A stretch of 63,836 nt of DNA, counting the filler, from Acetivibrio sp. (GTDB lineage Bacteria > Bacillota > Clostridia > Acetivibrionales > Acetivibrionaceae), in NCBI RefSeq assembly GCF_035371925.1. It is 20 parts of 20 records of this genome, joined end to end, with 100 filler letters (N's around TTAATTAATTAA, not from the genome) between each part and the next. Parts side by side here need not be neighbours in the genome. Positions count along the whole stretch, not along the records: positions 1 to 3,707 come from NZ_DAORXT010000150.1; positions 3,808 to 7,390 come from NZ_DAORXT010000151.1; positions 7,491 to 11,071 come from NZ_DAORXT010000152.1; 17 more parts are not named here. One strand, written 5' to 3'. Shown here in pieces: positions 1 to 8,668 of this stretch. The position numbers were made by a program, and so were the translations under genes. Below the pieces are notes generated by a model. That model was given only the letters and a program-made list of their open reading frames with translations. It made no database searches and was not told the origin of the DNA. Position 1 is the first letter of the stretch; every line of letters starts with the position of its first letter.

Positions 1-55
1 ACTGTACAATAAAACGGATTGTGAAAAATATTTTGCCGTCCTCTTATTTCGACAA
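1..55. repeat. 55-nt sequence identical to the reverse complement of 35418-35472 (contig-end overlap or att-like repeat)
   Basis: Direct comparison: 1-55 ACTGTACAAT...TTTCGACAA is the exact reverse complement of the first 55 nt of the contig starting at 35418. Confidence 0.95.
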
Positions 56-230
56 AATCCGTCATCCGTAAGGCTGCAAGCCACTAATGTTTAAATTCTA
101 CACAAATGTCAAAAATCCTTCATTTTTCTGGAAATATATCTTTGCCTTTACTACTTACTCTCAAGCATTACTTGTCACTATAAATCATACTTTCTTTCAA
201 TATCCCGAATCCTTGTTACCCTGTATAGTT

Positions 231-608
231 CTATGGGGGTACACAGCTGTCACCGCCCCGGTGACAGTTACGGTAAATGGGAATTTTATCAAAATACGAA
301 AAAGCAGAATCATCAGCTTGATTATCATTTTTTACCACCAAAAGATAAAGATTTGAACTCTGGCTTCTATTCTTCCTGTACCTTGGCGTTTTAACTATGT
401 ATCCTTCAGCACAAAGCTCCTTCAACGCCCTCTGAACAGTTCTTTCACTTAATCCTGTTTCCCTTGCCATAGTTGGAATGGCAGGAAAACAGGTAAGCTC
501 CTTGTTTGAACGATTCACAATATAAAACATGATAGTTTTGGCCCTGCCTGGCAAGCTGGAGGCATATACCCGGTTTAAAACTCTTGCTTTATCCAAAAAT
601 CCAACCAC
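231..608 (-). CDS. Helix-turn-helix protein (HTH_36-like, replication-initiator-type N-terminus), ICE-associated
   Basis: ORF contains CFPAIPTMARETGLSERTVQRALKELCAEGYI followed by QSSNLY, a winged-HTH pattern. Confidence 0.75.
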   Translation of the reverse strand: MVGFLDKARVLNRVYASSLPGRAKTIMFYIVNRSNKELTCFPAIPTMARETGLSERTVQRALKELCAEGYIVKTPRYRKNRSQSSNLYLLVVKNDNQADDSAFSYFDKIPIYRNCHRGGDSCVPP

Positions 609-641
609 CCTTCCGATATTGAAGAATATTAAACTTTTTAG

Positions 642-1497
642 CTATTCGATAGCTTTCACATGTGTATACTCTTTCACTATCTCAGCATATATTGCTGCAT
701 TTGCCTTGCCATCAAACAGGTCCGGGGAATAACCTGTAAAATACAATTGAACATTCTTATTCTTCAGCATATTACATATCTCACTTTGAACCTTTTTGGG
801 AGTATAAGATAGCAAAAGAAACAAAGGCATATCACAGAGTTCCGCAAGAGCCGCTCTGACAAAAGCAAACTCATACGGTTTTGTTGTGCCGCACAAAATC
901 AGCAGTTCACATTGTTTGAGCGTCTTCATACTGCATTGTGCAAAAGTGCCGAAATCAATAACGATAAAGTTATTCTCCTCCGGGAAATGTCCCCTGAAAT
1001 AATACTTTACGCCGTTGTATTCAACATGTGTCTCGCTGACAATCATTTCCTTATAATATGTTGGCAGAGTACTGAGATGACCGTTTGTATTCGCTTCAAC
1101 ATAAGCTGCGTCAGCTCCGCTATTTACAAGGAAATTCACCAGATTAAAAGCCGTTGTGGTTGTCCCAACCTTATGTGCTGCACCCACTACCGCTATCTTT
1201 ACNNNNNNNNNNNNNNNNNNNNNNNNNNNNNNNNNNNNNNNNNNNNNNNNNNNNNNNNNNNNNNNNNNNNNNNNNNNNNNNNNNNNNNNNNNNNNNNNNN
1301 NNAATTTCACTTTCAGCATCCTTTAAAGCCTTAAGGTCAATGAGAAAAAAATCAAATTGGCTTAAATTTCTGACATCATGAATTACAAACTGTTTCAGTC
1401 TGAAAAGACCGGACATCTTCTTGATTGGTATTCCACGCTCTTTTTCCACAAAGTCAAAAAGGTTAATGTTCTGGTTGCTGCACAAATACAGAATCAC
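642..1497 (-). CDS. ParA/MinD-like P-loop protein with N-terminal receiver-like region, interrupted by the 100-N gap
   Basis: ORF-track pieces 1171-1521 and 642-1319 flank the gap and read as one protein; deviant Walker A GAAHKVGTTT; GTG at 1497 preceded by AAGGGGG. Confidence 0.6.
1203..1302. other. Intra-scaffold gap (100 N, no stop-codon linker)
   Basis: Run of 100 N without TTAATTAATTAA. Confidence 0.98.
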
Positions 1498-1642
1498 GGC
1501 TGTACCCCCTTTGCTCTCCAACCTTAAAATCTGAGTTGACTTTTATCGGCTTCTTCTCCGGCTTGCTCGTAATTAACAATACAATGCCGACCACAACAAC
1601 TATGACATAGATAAACATTTCAATGATGATCTTCTTTTTCAT
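1463..1642 (-). CDS. Small 59-aa single-TM membrane protein (not in the ORF track)
   Basis: Manual translation MKKKIIIEMFIYVIVVVVGIVLLITSKPEKKPIKVNSDFKVGEQRGYSRDSVFVQQPEH*; overlaps both neighbours like an operon member. Confidence 0.7.
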   Translation of the reverse strand: MKKKIIIEMFIYVIVVVVGIVLLITSKPEKKPIKVNSDFKVGEQRGYSRDSVFVQQPEH

Positions 1643-2528
1643 AGCTTTCTCCTTTCGAAATTATCCAGAACGGCCCGCCTGAACCCGCCTGCTTGCATGC
1701 TTCATTCAAAATTAAAGATATATCCCACTCCTGTTCGCTTCGGCTCTTGCTGATAGGGTCTGCGACAAGGATTTTACCTTTGCCTGTAACCCCTCTTAAC
1801 ACAATAAAGTGCCCGGATTTTGTGAAATGGCCCTTTCCCATAATGGCAACAACAAGTTTTCCGTTCGCCAGAGCATCTACAATTCTCTGCGGCTCATTTA
1901 CAGTACAGCCCTCCGCTTTTAATCCGAAATGCCTTGCTCCGTCAGGAATCAGGCTATGGTATGAACCATTCCCCTCACACCGGTAGCCGTTTTCATATGC
2001 CCATTCACTCATTTGAACCGGATCAATAACCGGGTAAGTGGACACTCCTCTGCTATCGCCGGTCATCCTCTCTGAGGAATGTCCAAGTAGGCTTGAAACC
2101 ACCATTGCCAGTGATGTCGGCCCACAGCCGCTCGTGCCGATGGTTCCTGTTTTGCCATAAGGTTTGTTTGCCCATCTTTTGTCAGCCTGATTGAAATACA
2201 CTACATCGATAGCCCCATCAGAAAAGGTTACTCCCGAATAATCAATGCCGTTGCTTTCCCTGTAGCTTGCATCATTTATATCAATGGTCTGGTCAAGTGA
2301 AAAACTGTCATGTAGCTGTGTCACCTGAGCAAGCTCATTGTCGGAAAATATTGTACTCAAATATTCCAGTGGATGCGTAATGATATACACAAACATGGTC
2401 AGATTTAAAAGCACCGATATTACCGGTATCAGTGCAATCATAATGATTCTTTTCCGTGCTTCCTCATCAGCAGCTGCCTTTAAGGCTAATTGTGCAAGTA
2501 TCTTTGCGGTAGCCGGGTCTATTGCCAT
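1620..2528 (-). CDS. Membrane-anchored C39-like cysteine peptidase (putative conjugative cell-wall hydrolase)
   Basis: N-terminal hydrophobic segment; YFNQAD..W..KPYG, SGCGPTSLAMV (Cys), GHFIVL (His), VADP (Asp). Confidence 0.8.
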   Translation of the reverse strand: MAIDPATAKILAQLALKAAADEEARKRIIMIALIPVISVLLNLTMFVYIITHPLEYLSTIFSDNELAQVTQLHDSFSLDQTIDINDASYRESNGIDYSGVTFSDGAIDVVYFNQADKRWANKPYGKTGTIGTSGCGPTSLAMVVSSLLGHSSERMTGDSRGVSTYPVIDPVQMSEWAYENGYRCEGNGSYHSLIPDGARHFGLKAEGCTVNEPQRIVDALANGKLVVAIMGKGHFTKSGHFIVLRGVTGKGKILVADPISKSRSEQEWDISLILNEACKQAGSGGPFWIISKGESYEKEDHH

Positions 2529-2553
2529 ATGGGTTCACCTCCAATTTTGGGAC

Positions 2554-2582
2554 AAAAAAACGAGTGCCTATTACAGCACCCG
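2554..2582 (-). terminator. Rho-independent terminator after the Abi gene
   Basis: On the minus strand CGGGTGC-N8-GCACTCG followed by T7. Confidence 0.7.
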
Positions 2583-2604
2583 TCCGGCCTAAATTAATAA
2601 CTTT

Positions 2605-3566
2605 TTATTCCTGGATTTTAGACAATTCAACCTCTTTCCAATTCTCTGGAAATCCCATGAGATGTAAAATATCATTGATGTTGATAGTATGGATTTTGGA
2701 ACTGAGTTTTTTCAACTGTCCGTCTATTATTCTGACCATCTCAGAAAATTCAGCTGTTCTATTCTGCGGCAATAGTTCTTTTATACAAATCATTAAAGAA
2801 AATACATCATTAATTCCTTGCAGGTACTTTCCGTTAGCATTTTTACATATTTGCAACTCAGCATGTATAGGACCTGCTTTTATTTCAACTCCATTAAGCT
2901 TTGTGTTATATAATCTTTCATCATGCGCGCATATATTTCTAAATAGTGACATCGCTTTAAGATAACTGCGAAGAATATTTTCCTGCAATCCGAATTCTTT
3001 AGCAACAGCCTGTCTATCCGTAAGTTTCATTATCCCATAAAATTTGCTGATATTGCCAAATGTCAGGACACTTACCAATACCCAAAAAGGAACGTAGCCA
3101 TATTTTGTAACATAATGTGTAATAGCATTATGTTTCCCGCTCTGTTCTGATATCGCCCTTTGCAAAGTTGAAATTACGGCCATTATAGATTGCAGCTCTG
3201 AGTTGTTTTTGTATGTATCAAAATTACCCAGTTTCAAATAATTGTCATGTCCGTACTTCTCTGAGAATTTATATGCAATCACAGACTTGATATTGGTCTC
3301 CAGCTTTAAAAGCTGCTTTAAAAATATAAAACGCAGTTCCCTATCAAACTCATAAAGTGCATAGATTTCATCAAAGTCGGCACCATCCTTAAATTTCTCT
3401 CTTCGGGTGATGCAATTTCCAGAAACAGGTCTTTGTAACCATTTATAACATTATAATAATTTTCAGTTTGAAGAACTCCTATGGCTCCTTCATCAACTTT
3501 CAATCCCCTGCTTCTAAGTATTTCTATCTGCTCACGATAAGTTTTAAACAGCTTGTCCCCCATCAC
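2605..3566 (-). pseudogene. AbiF/AbiD-type (Abi_2) HEPN abortive-infection protein, frameshifted near 3394-3404
   Basis: KTYREQIEILRSRGL and ENYYNVINGYKDLF at the N-terminus; after removing 2 nt it reads ..EIYALYEFDRELRFIFLKQLLKLETNIKSVIAYKFSE..; PFWVL; HEPN Rx4H motif RNICAH at 2923-2940. Confidence 0.85.
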
Positions 3567-3586
3567 AATCCCCTTAATGTAAAATG

Positions 3587-3613
3587 GCCCTGGCTCTCAA
3601 GGAACACCAGGGC
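3587..3613 (-). ncRNA. Leader hairpin upstream of abiF, candidate AbiF RNA antitoxin
   Basis: GCCCTGG-TGTTCCTTGAGAG-CCAGGGC stem-loop between a sigma-A promoter and the abiF RBS. Confidence 0.55.
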
Positions 3614-3650
3614 ACTGATCAACTTTATCGATAACATCTTTTACAAGGTT

Positions 3651-3679
3651 ATCGTAACATAACAATTACAAGTAGTCAA
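3651..3679 (-). promoter_or_regulatory. Sigma-A promoter of abiF
   Basis: TTGACT (3679-3674), 17 nt, TACGAT (3656-3651). Confidence 0.7.
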
Positions 3680-3707
3680 TACTTATTGTGATTGTCATGC
3701 ATGAATA

Positions 3708-3807
3708 NNNNNNNNNNNNNNNNNNNNNNNNNNNNNNNNNNNNNNNNNNNNTTAATTAATTAANNNNNNNNNNNNNNNNNNNNNNNNNNNNNNNNNNNNN
3801 NNNNNNN
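3708..3807. other. Artificial contig linker, first of 19 (others: 7391-7490, 11072-11171, 14728-14827, 18376-18475, 21967-22066, 25508-25607, 28822-28921, 32102-32201, 35318-35417, 38489-38588, 41623-41722, 44747-44846, 47844-47943, 50700-50799, 53522-53621, 56151-56250, 58729-58828, 61304-61403)
   Basis: Identical 100-nt N-TTAATTAATTAA-N blocks with stops in all six frames. Confidence 0.99.
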
Positions 3808-3889
3808 CTCCATTCAAATCATAAGCTGTGCTTATCCTATTACTGTATTAGTTCAACATTGTATTTAGCTGTTTCGTTTACTCTACAGC

Positions 3890-4765
3890 TTATTTAGAAA
3901 AGGAGATCGCGCTTATATATGGGTTTCAGGTCCTGAGGGCGGCATTGTTGCTTCAGGGGTTATCCTTTGTGACCCGGAAATCAGAGAAAATAATGAACCG
4001 GATCCCTATGCTGTTTCAGGCAAATTAAATACAGGGGGGAAAGCCCTGTAGTGGATATTAAACTAACGCATAAAATAACGGATGCTATTATAAAAAAAGA
4101 AGATTTATTGGCAGATGAACGGTTGAAAAATATAAGTATTATTAATTTCGCCAACGCTACAAACTTTAAATTGACTTCCGAACAGGCCGATACAATAGAC
4201 AGCATTATCAATGGCACCTATAAACGCGTGGAATCAAGGAATACATAAGAAGCCACGCCTTCTGCTTCCCCAAGGCAATACTGGATTTATGCTCCCGGAA
4301 GTAATTCTTCTAAATGGGAAGAGTTTTACTCTCATGGAATTATGGGTATTGAATGGGATGAATTGGGCGACCTGAAGCAATACCCCAGCAAGGATGCAAT
4401 GAAATCAAAAATGAAAGAAGTGTATGGCACTGAATATTCATATATTAACTCAGCTCTTGCCACATGGCAGTTTGCCAACGAGATTTCAGTCGGGGATATT
4501 GTTTATGCCAAAAAAGGCATGCGTAAAGTTGTGAGGCGCGGAATAGTCGAATCAGGCTATATTTTTGATGCAAATCGTGGCGAGTATAAACATATTCGTA
4601 AAATCAAATGGACACATAAGGGAGAGTGGGAACATCCAGGCCAAGCTGTCATGAAAACCCTTACCGACATAACTCCCTATACTGATTATGTACAAAAACT
4701 GGAAGCCCTGTTTATTGATGACGACTCCATAAATATTGAAAAAGAAGAATTTCCTAATACCAGGA
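3890..4765 (+). pseudogene. Decayed N-terminal part of an McrB-like modification-dependent restriction protein (EVE-like domain plus second PUA-like domain)
   Basis: GDRAYIWVSGPEGGIVASGVILCDPE (from 3902), frameshift near the G run at about 4040-4047, then ..LADERLKNISIINFANATNFKLT.., in-frame TAA at 4246-4248, then QYWIYAPG..KWEEF..GIMGIEWDELGDL..ISVGDIVYAKKG; no GTPase domain follows. Confidence 0.65.
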
Positions 4766-4767
4766 AA

Positions 4768-4854
4768 CCAAATCCCTTCACTGTTTCCGCCGCCCATAGA
4801 AAAGCCTGAATCTAAAAGACAAGTTACAAAATCGTTATAGTTTTTAATAATCAT
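4768..4854 (-). pseudogene. 5' stub of a conserved clostridial hypothetical (AlkZ-related-type) gene
   Basis: MIIKNYNDFVTCLLDSGFSMGGGNSEGI resembles a recalled family N-terminus; has an RBS-like GGAAGTGG; the rest of the ORF is the antisense of the McrB relic. Confidence 0.45.
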
Positions 4855-4903
4855 ATTCCCACTTCCTTTTCAATTGAGTCAATAGAAAGTAAATCGGAGT
4901 GTA

Positions 4904-5629
4904 TTATTTGTCCGCTCTAATAATTGCTAGTCCATAATTTTGATGTAAAACCTCGACCTTTTTAAAACCGGCATTTTTCATGAGCTCAAATTGATGCTCC
5001 AAAGTCAGTGGAATATCAATATGTATAAGCATATCTTCAGGTATATTATTTTGCTTGCGTAAATATTCATAAGCTTCAAGGCAAAGTGCCTCCTCCTCAT
5101 AGCAGCATGCAGTATAGTCGGATTCTATATAATATCCACCGCTTTTTATCGTCCGATAAAGTTTGTTATAAATTAGTTGCTTCTTTTCATATTTAAAATG
5201 ATGAAGTGTTTGAAAAGACATAGCCGCGTCAAACTTATTTTCCTCAAACTCATACTCAAAATAGTCCGCATTAATTAATTCGATGTCTTTATCACCATAA
5301 CTTTCCCGCAATTTATCAAGCATAGTTTCAGATAAATCAATACCTGTAACCTTAACATCGGGAAATCTCCTGTAAATTGAACGAAGCTCCAAACCTGTGC
5401 CGCAGCCAATATCAAGTAATGTTTTCAAACCATCATCAAAGAAACCTGCAATATGAGCGTATTCTTCTCCCCAATTTTTTAAATGAACACTATTATATTC
5501 ACCTATTCTATTAGCAAAAAATTCCGTCATTTCTTCCACAGGAGCATTCTTTATATCATCAAGCCGATCTTTTAATTCTTTCAAATACTTTTCTATTTCT
5601 TCTTGAGTTCGGATTCTACTTTTTAGCAT
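4904..5629 (-). CDS. Class I SAM-dependent methyltransferase
   Basis: LLDIGCGTGLE motif I, GIDLS, FDAAMSFQTLHHF. Confidence 0.9.
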   Translation of the reverse strand: MLKSRIRTQEEIEKYLKELKDRLDDIKNAPVEEMTEFFANRIGEYNSVHLKNWGEEYAHIAGFFDDGLKTLLDIGCGTGLELRSIYRRFPDVKVTGIDLSETMLDKLRESYGDKDIELINADYFEYEFEENKFDAAMSFQTLHHFKYEKKQLIYNKLYRTIKSGGYYIESDYTACCYEEEALCLEAYEYLRKQNNIPEDMLIHIDIPLTLEHQFELMKNAGFKKVEVLHQNYGLAIIRADK

Positions 5630-6179
5630 AATAATTTTTCATCCTTTCATAAAACTCACTCAATAATAAATGAATATCTGTTTCATTTATCTTCATTTTA
5701 TTTGTGGCAAGTTCAATCGCAAGGCCGCTTGATAAAAGCCAAATTTCTATAAAAATTTTTTGAGCGTAAGGCCTATCAATATTAAAGTCGGCCATTATTG
5801 AAGATATTACTTTTTGATTCCATTCGGCATTTGCAATGTCTTCAAAACTTATTCCCTCTAATGTGTTTGACAAAAACATAGCTGTGTATAAATTCTTTTC
5901 ATATAAAGCAAATAAAACGTGCGCTTTAGCTTTGCTGACTACATAGTTGCTGCTGTCAATGTGCTTTTTTACAAATAGATCATATTCTTGGTCAATCATT
6001 TGGGAAACTGCAGTTTTTAACTCGTCCATTCCCGTAAACGAAAGATAAATCGGCTGTGTAGAACAGTGTAATTTTTTAGCGATATTTCTTGCATTTACAG
6101 CACTCAGTCCGCATTCACGCACAATTTCCAATGCAGCCTGTAAGATTGCTTCTTTGGATATTTGCTTTTTCGCAGGCAT
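5616..6179 (-). CDS. TetR/AcrR family transcriptional regulator
   Basis: N-terminal ILQAALEIVRECGLSAVNARNIAKKLHCSTQPIYLSF helix-turn-helix. Confidence 0.92.
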   Translation of the reverse strand: MPAKKQISKEAILQAALEIVRECGLSAVNARNIAKKLHCSTQPIYLSFTGMDELKTAVSQMIDQEYDLFVKKHIDSSNYVVSKAKAHVLFALYEKNLYTAMFLSNTLEGISFEDIANAEWNQKVISSIMADFNIDRPYAQKIFIEIWLLSSGLAIELATNKMKINETDIHLLLSEFYERMKNYYAKK

Positions 6180-6204
6180 TTAATCAATGGCCTCCATTCG
6201 GAAT

Positions 6205-6262
6205 AATAACTATTGTTATTGATAACATATGTTATTATATAAAAAAACACTTGGATAGTCAA
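6205..6262 (-). promoter_or_regulatory. Sigma-A promoter with two tandem palindromic operators for the TetR-methyltransferase operon
   Basis: TTGACT (6262-6257), 17 nt, TATAAT (6239-6234); palindromes AATAAC-TATT-GTTATT (6205-6220) and ATAACATATGTTAT (6222-6235). Confidence 0.75.
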
Positions 6263-6602
6263 TAGCTCATTGTACTTATATTTATTGGCTGCTTCAACAT
6301 GCGGCGTTAAACGAAAACAGAACGTCGGCCTCGGCATCACACCATGTACTTAATATTGCATGGGCTGATAAAAAACATATTTGCGTCTTATGTGGTATAA
6401 GTATTATATTCCTGTAAACAGTTTCAAGTTTTAGTTAATTCGACAATATGTTGTATTTTTCGACGTTTTGTGCTAAAATATTAAAGGCATTTTTCTGTTT
6501 GCATATTTTACAGCGGTCTTTTATATATTTATGAACAGTTTTTTTATTCCATCAAAGTACAGCAACTCTTTTACTAATAATTTTCCCAAAAGGAGGAAAA
6601 CT

Positions 6603-7390
6603 ATGATTGACTACACCGAAGGTTCGGGAAAGCAGTACCATATACAGGTAGGCCTGGGCGAAGTTGGGCGTTATGTCATTTTGCCCGGTGATCCCAAGCG
6701 ATGTGAAAAAATCGCTTGCCATTTTGACAACCCTCGGCTCATCGCCGACAACCGTGAATACATCACCTATACCGGCACGCTGGACGGCGTCCCGGTCAGC
6801 GTCACCTCTACTGGCATTGGCGGCCCATCCGCTGCCATTGCCATGGAAGAGCTGACACGTTGCGGTGCCGATACTTTCATTCGGATTGGTACCTGCGGCG
6901 GTATGCAGATTGATGTACATGGCGGTGATCTGGTAATTGCCAGTGGAGCTATCCGCATGGAAGGCACTAGCCGCGAATACGCTCCTCTGGAGTTTCCTGC
7001 TGTGGCGAACATTCAGGTTGTCAACGCCCTAGCCAAAGCTGCCGGGAAGAAAAATCTTCCTCATCACATAGGCGTGGTACAATGCAAGGATTCCTTTTAC
7101 GGACAGCATGAACCCGAAACCAAGCCCGTCGGCTACGACCTGATGAATAAATGGGAAGCATGGCTGAGGCTGGGATGTCTGGCCTCTGAAATGGAGTCGG
7201 CGGCACTGTTTGTAGTAGGCAGCTATCTAAAAGTCCGAGTAGGTTCCGTATTTTTGGTAATTGCCAACCAGGAACGAGAAAAAAGAGGACTTAGCAATCC
7301 CCAAGTGCACGATACCGAATTGGCAATCACCACTGCAGTGGATGCCATTCGTGAACTTATTCGTGAAGATAAAGCACAATCAAAAGAAAG
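6603..7390 (+). CDS. udp: Uridine phosphorylase (stop not reached before contig end)
   Basis: [47 protein letters not shown] at 6603 after GGAGG. Confidence 0.93.
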
Positions 7391-7607
7391 NNNNNNNNNN
7401 NNNNNNNNNNNNNNNNNNNNNNNNNNNNNNNNNNTTAATTAATTAANNNNNNNNNNNNNNNNNNNNNNNNNNNNNNNNNNNNNNNNNNNNAACTTATTAT
7501 TTTATAATAAAATATTAAGATTTCAAATAGGAAATACTATAATTGAAGCAAAAAATTATGCATTGGTATATTAAATCAAAAAATAAAAGTGGGAGATGAT
7601 GTGTTAA

Positions 7608-7802
7608 ATGGATGCTGTAAGAGCACAACAGATTCTAAAATCCGATCAGATTGTTGAAGTGCTGCATGAAGGCGCACCGGTATGGATAGAAAAGGTAATG
7701 GACAATAATATGGCACATGTTTCCTATATAAAAACAAAGGAGGAAAAAGACGTACCTTTATATATGCTGGTGGAAAAAGAATTGCCGAAAAACAGTCTGT
7801 AG
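7608..7802 (+). CDS. sspH: H-type small acid-soluble spore protein
   Basis: MDAVRAQQIL...VLHEGAPVWIE...VPLYMLVE fits the SspH pattern and size. Confidence 0.8.
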   Translation: MDAVRAQQILKSDQIVEVLHEGAPVWIEKVMDNNMAHVSYIKTKEEKDVPLYMLVEKELPKNSL

Positions 7803-7878
7803 GAATCCTATGATGGCCGATTCTTTTCTATATAATTATTAACTTCATAATTATTTGCCTCCCCCTCAAAAATTTTTG

Positions 7879-7907
7879 TTGACATTATTTTAATATAGTA
7901 TTATAAT
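7879..7907 (+). promoter_or_regulatory. Consensus sigma-A promoter of the pncA-pncB operon
   Basis: TTGACA, 17 nt, TATAAT (perfect consensus). Confidence 0.85.
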
Positions 7908-7982
7908 GATAATAACAAAACAATAATAACACTGTAAAATATCTGACATAGCTATATCAACAAAGAAGAGGGGGAATTTTTT

Positions 7983-8657
7983 ATGAAAATCCTGGCAAGA
8001 AATGAATTTTTGCAAAAGAGCAACGAGACTATAATATCGATTTTGGATATGCTTGAAAACCTGCCTGTTGTAAAACTTGATGAAATCGAAGCCGACAAGG
8101 CTGTTTTGGTTATTATCGATATGACAAACGGTTTTGCAAAAGAAGGGGCGCTAAAAAGCGATGCCGTCAAAGAACTAATACCTAAAATTTGTGAACTTGG
8201 CGAAATTTGCAATAAGTTTAAAATTCCAAAGATTGCCTTTGCAGACTGCCATACCGATGAGTCGCCGGAGTTTGATGCATATCCCAAGCATTGCCTAAAG
8301 GGGACGGCGGAAAGCGAGATAGTGGATGAAATAAAAAATATCGGCGGATATACTCTAATCGAAAAAAATTCTACCAACGGGTTTCTTGAAGAAGCTTTCA
8401 GAAACTGGCTTTTAGCAAACCCGGATATCGATACCTTCATATTGACCGGCGATTGTACCGATATTTGCGTACAGCAGTTTGCGATTACACTTAAAGCATA
8501 CTTTAACATGAAAAACAAAAGAGCAAGAGTTATTGTTCCGCTAAATGCAGTTGACACCTATGATCTGGGGCTGCACGACAGAAACTTGATGAATGTCATG
8601 GCGGCATACAATATGATTATCAATGGGGTCGAAGTTGTACAGGATGTTATTGGATAG
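7983..8657 (+). CDS. pncA: Isochorismatase-family cysteine hydrolase, probable nicotinamidase
   Basis: IIDMTNGF, DCH, HC..GT.ES, KNSTNGF, GDCTDICV; directly upstream of pncB. Confidence 0.75.
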   Translation: MKILARNEFLQKSNETIISILDMLENLPVVKLDEIEADKAVLVIIDMTNGFAKEGALKSDAVKELIPKICELGEICNKFKIPKIAFADCHTDESPEFDAYPKHCLKGTAESEIVDEIKNIGGYTLIEKNSTNGFLEEAFRNWLLANPDIDTFILTGDCTDICVQQFAITLKAYFNMKNKRARVIVPLNAVDTYDLGLHDRNLMNVMAAYNMIINGVEVVQDVIG

Positions 8658-8668
8658 GGGGATTAATA

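Noticed and set aside
3752..3763. Recurrent TTAATTAATTAA motif at regular spacing as a biological repeat or CRISPR-like array
   Set aside because: It is always embedded in N runs of identical total length; it is a standard six-frame stop linker.
4552..4854. 100-aa ORF as a real full-length gene
   Set aside because: Only the first 28 or so codons look like a gene; the remainder is the antisense of the McrB-like relic.
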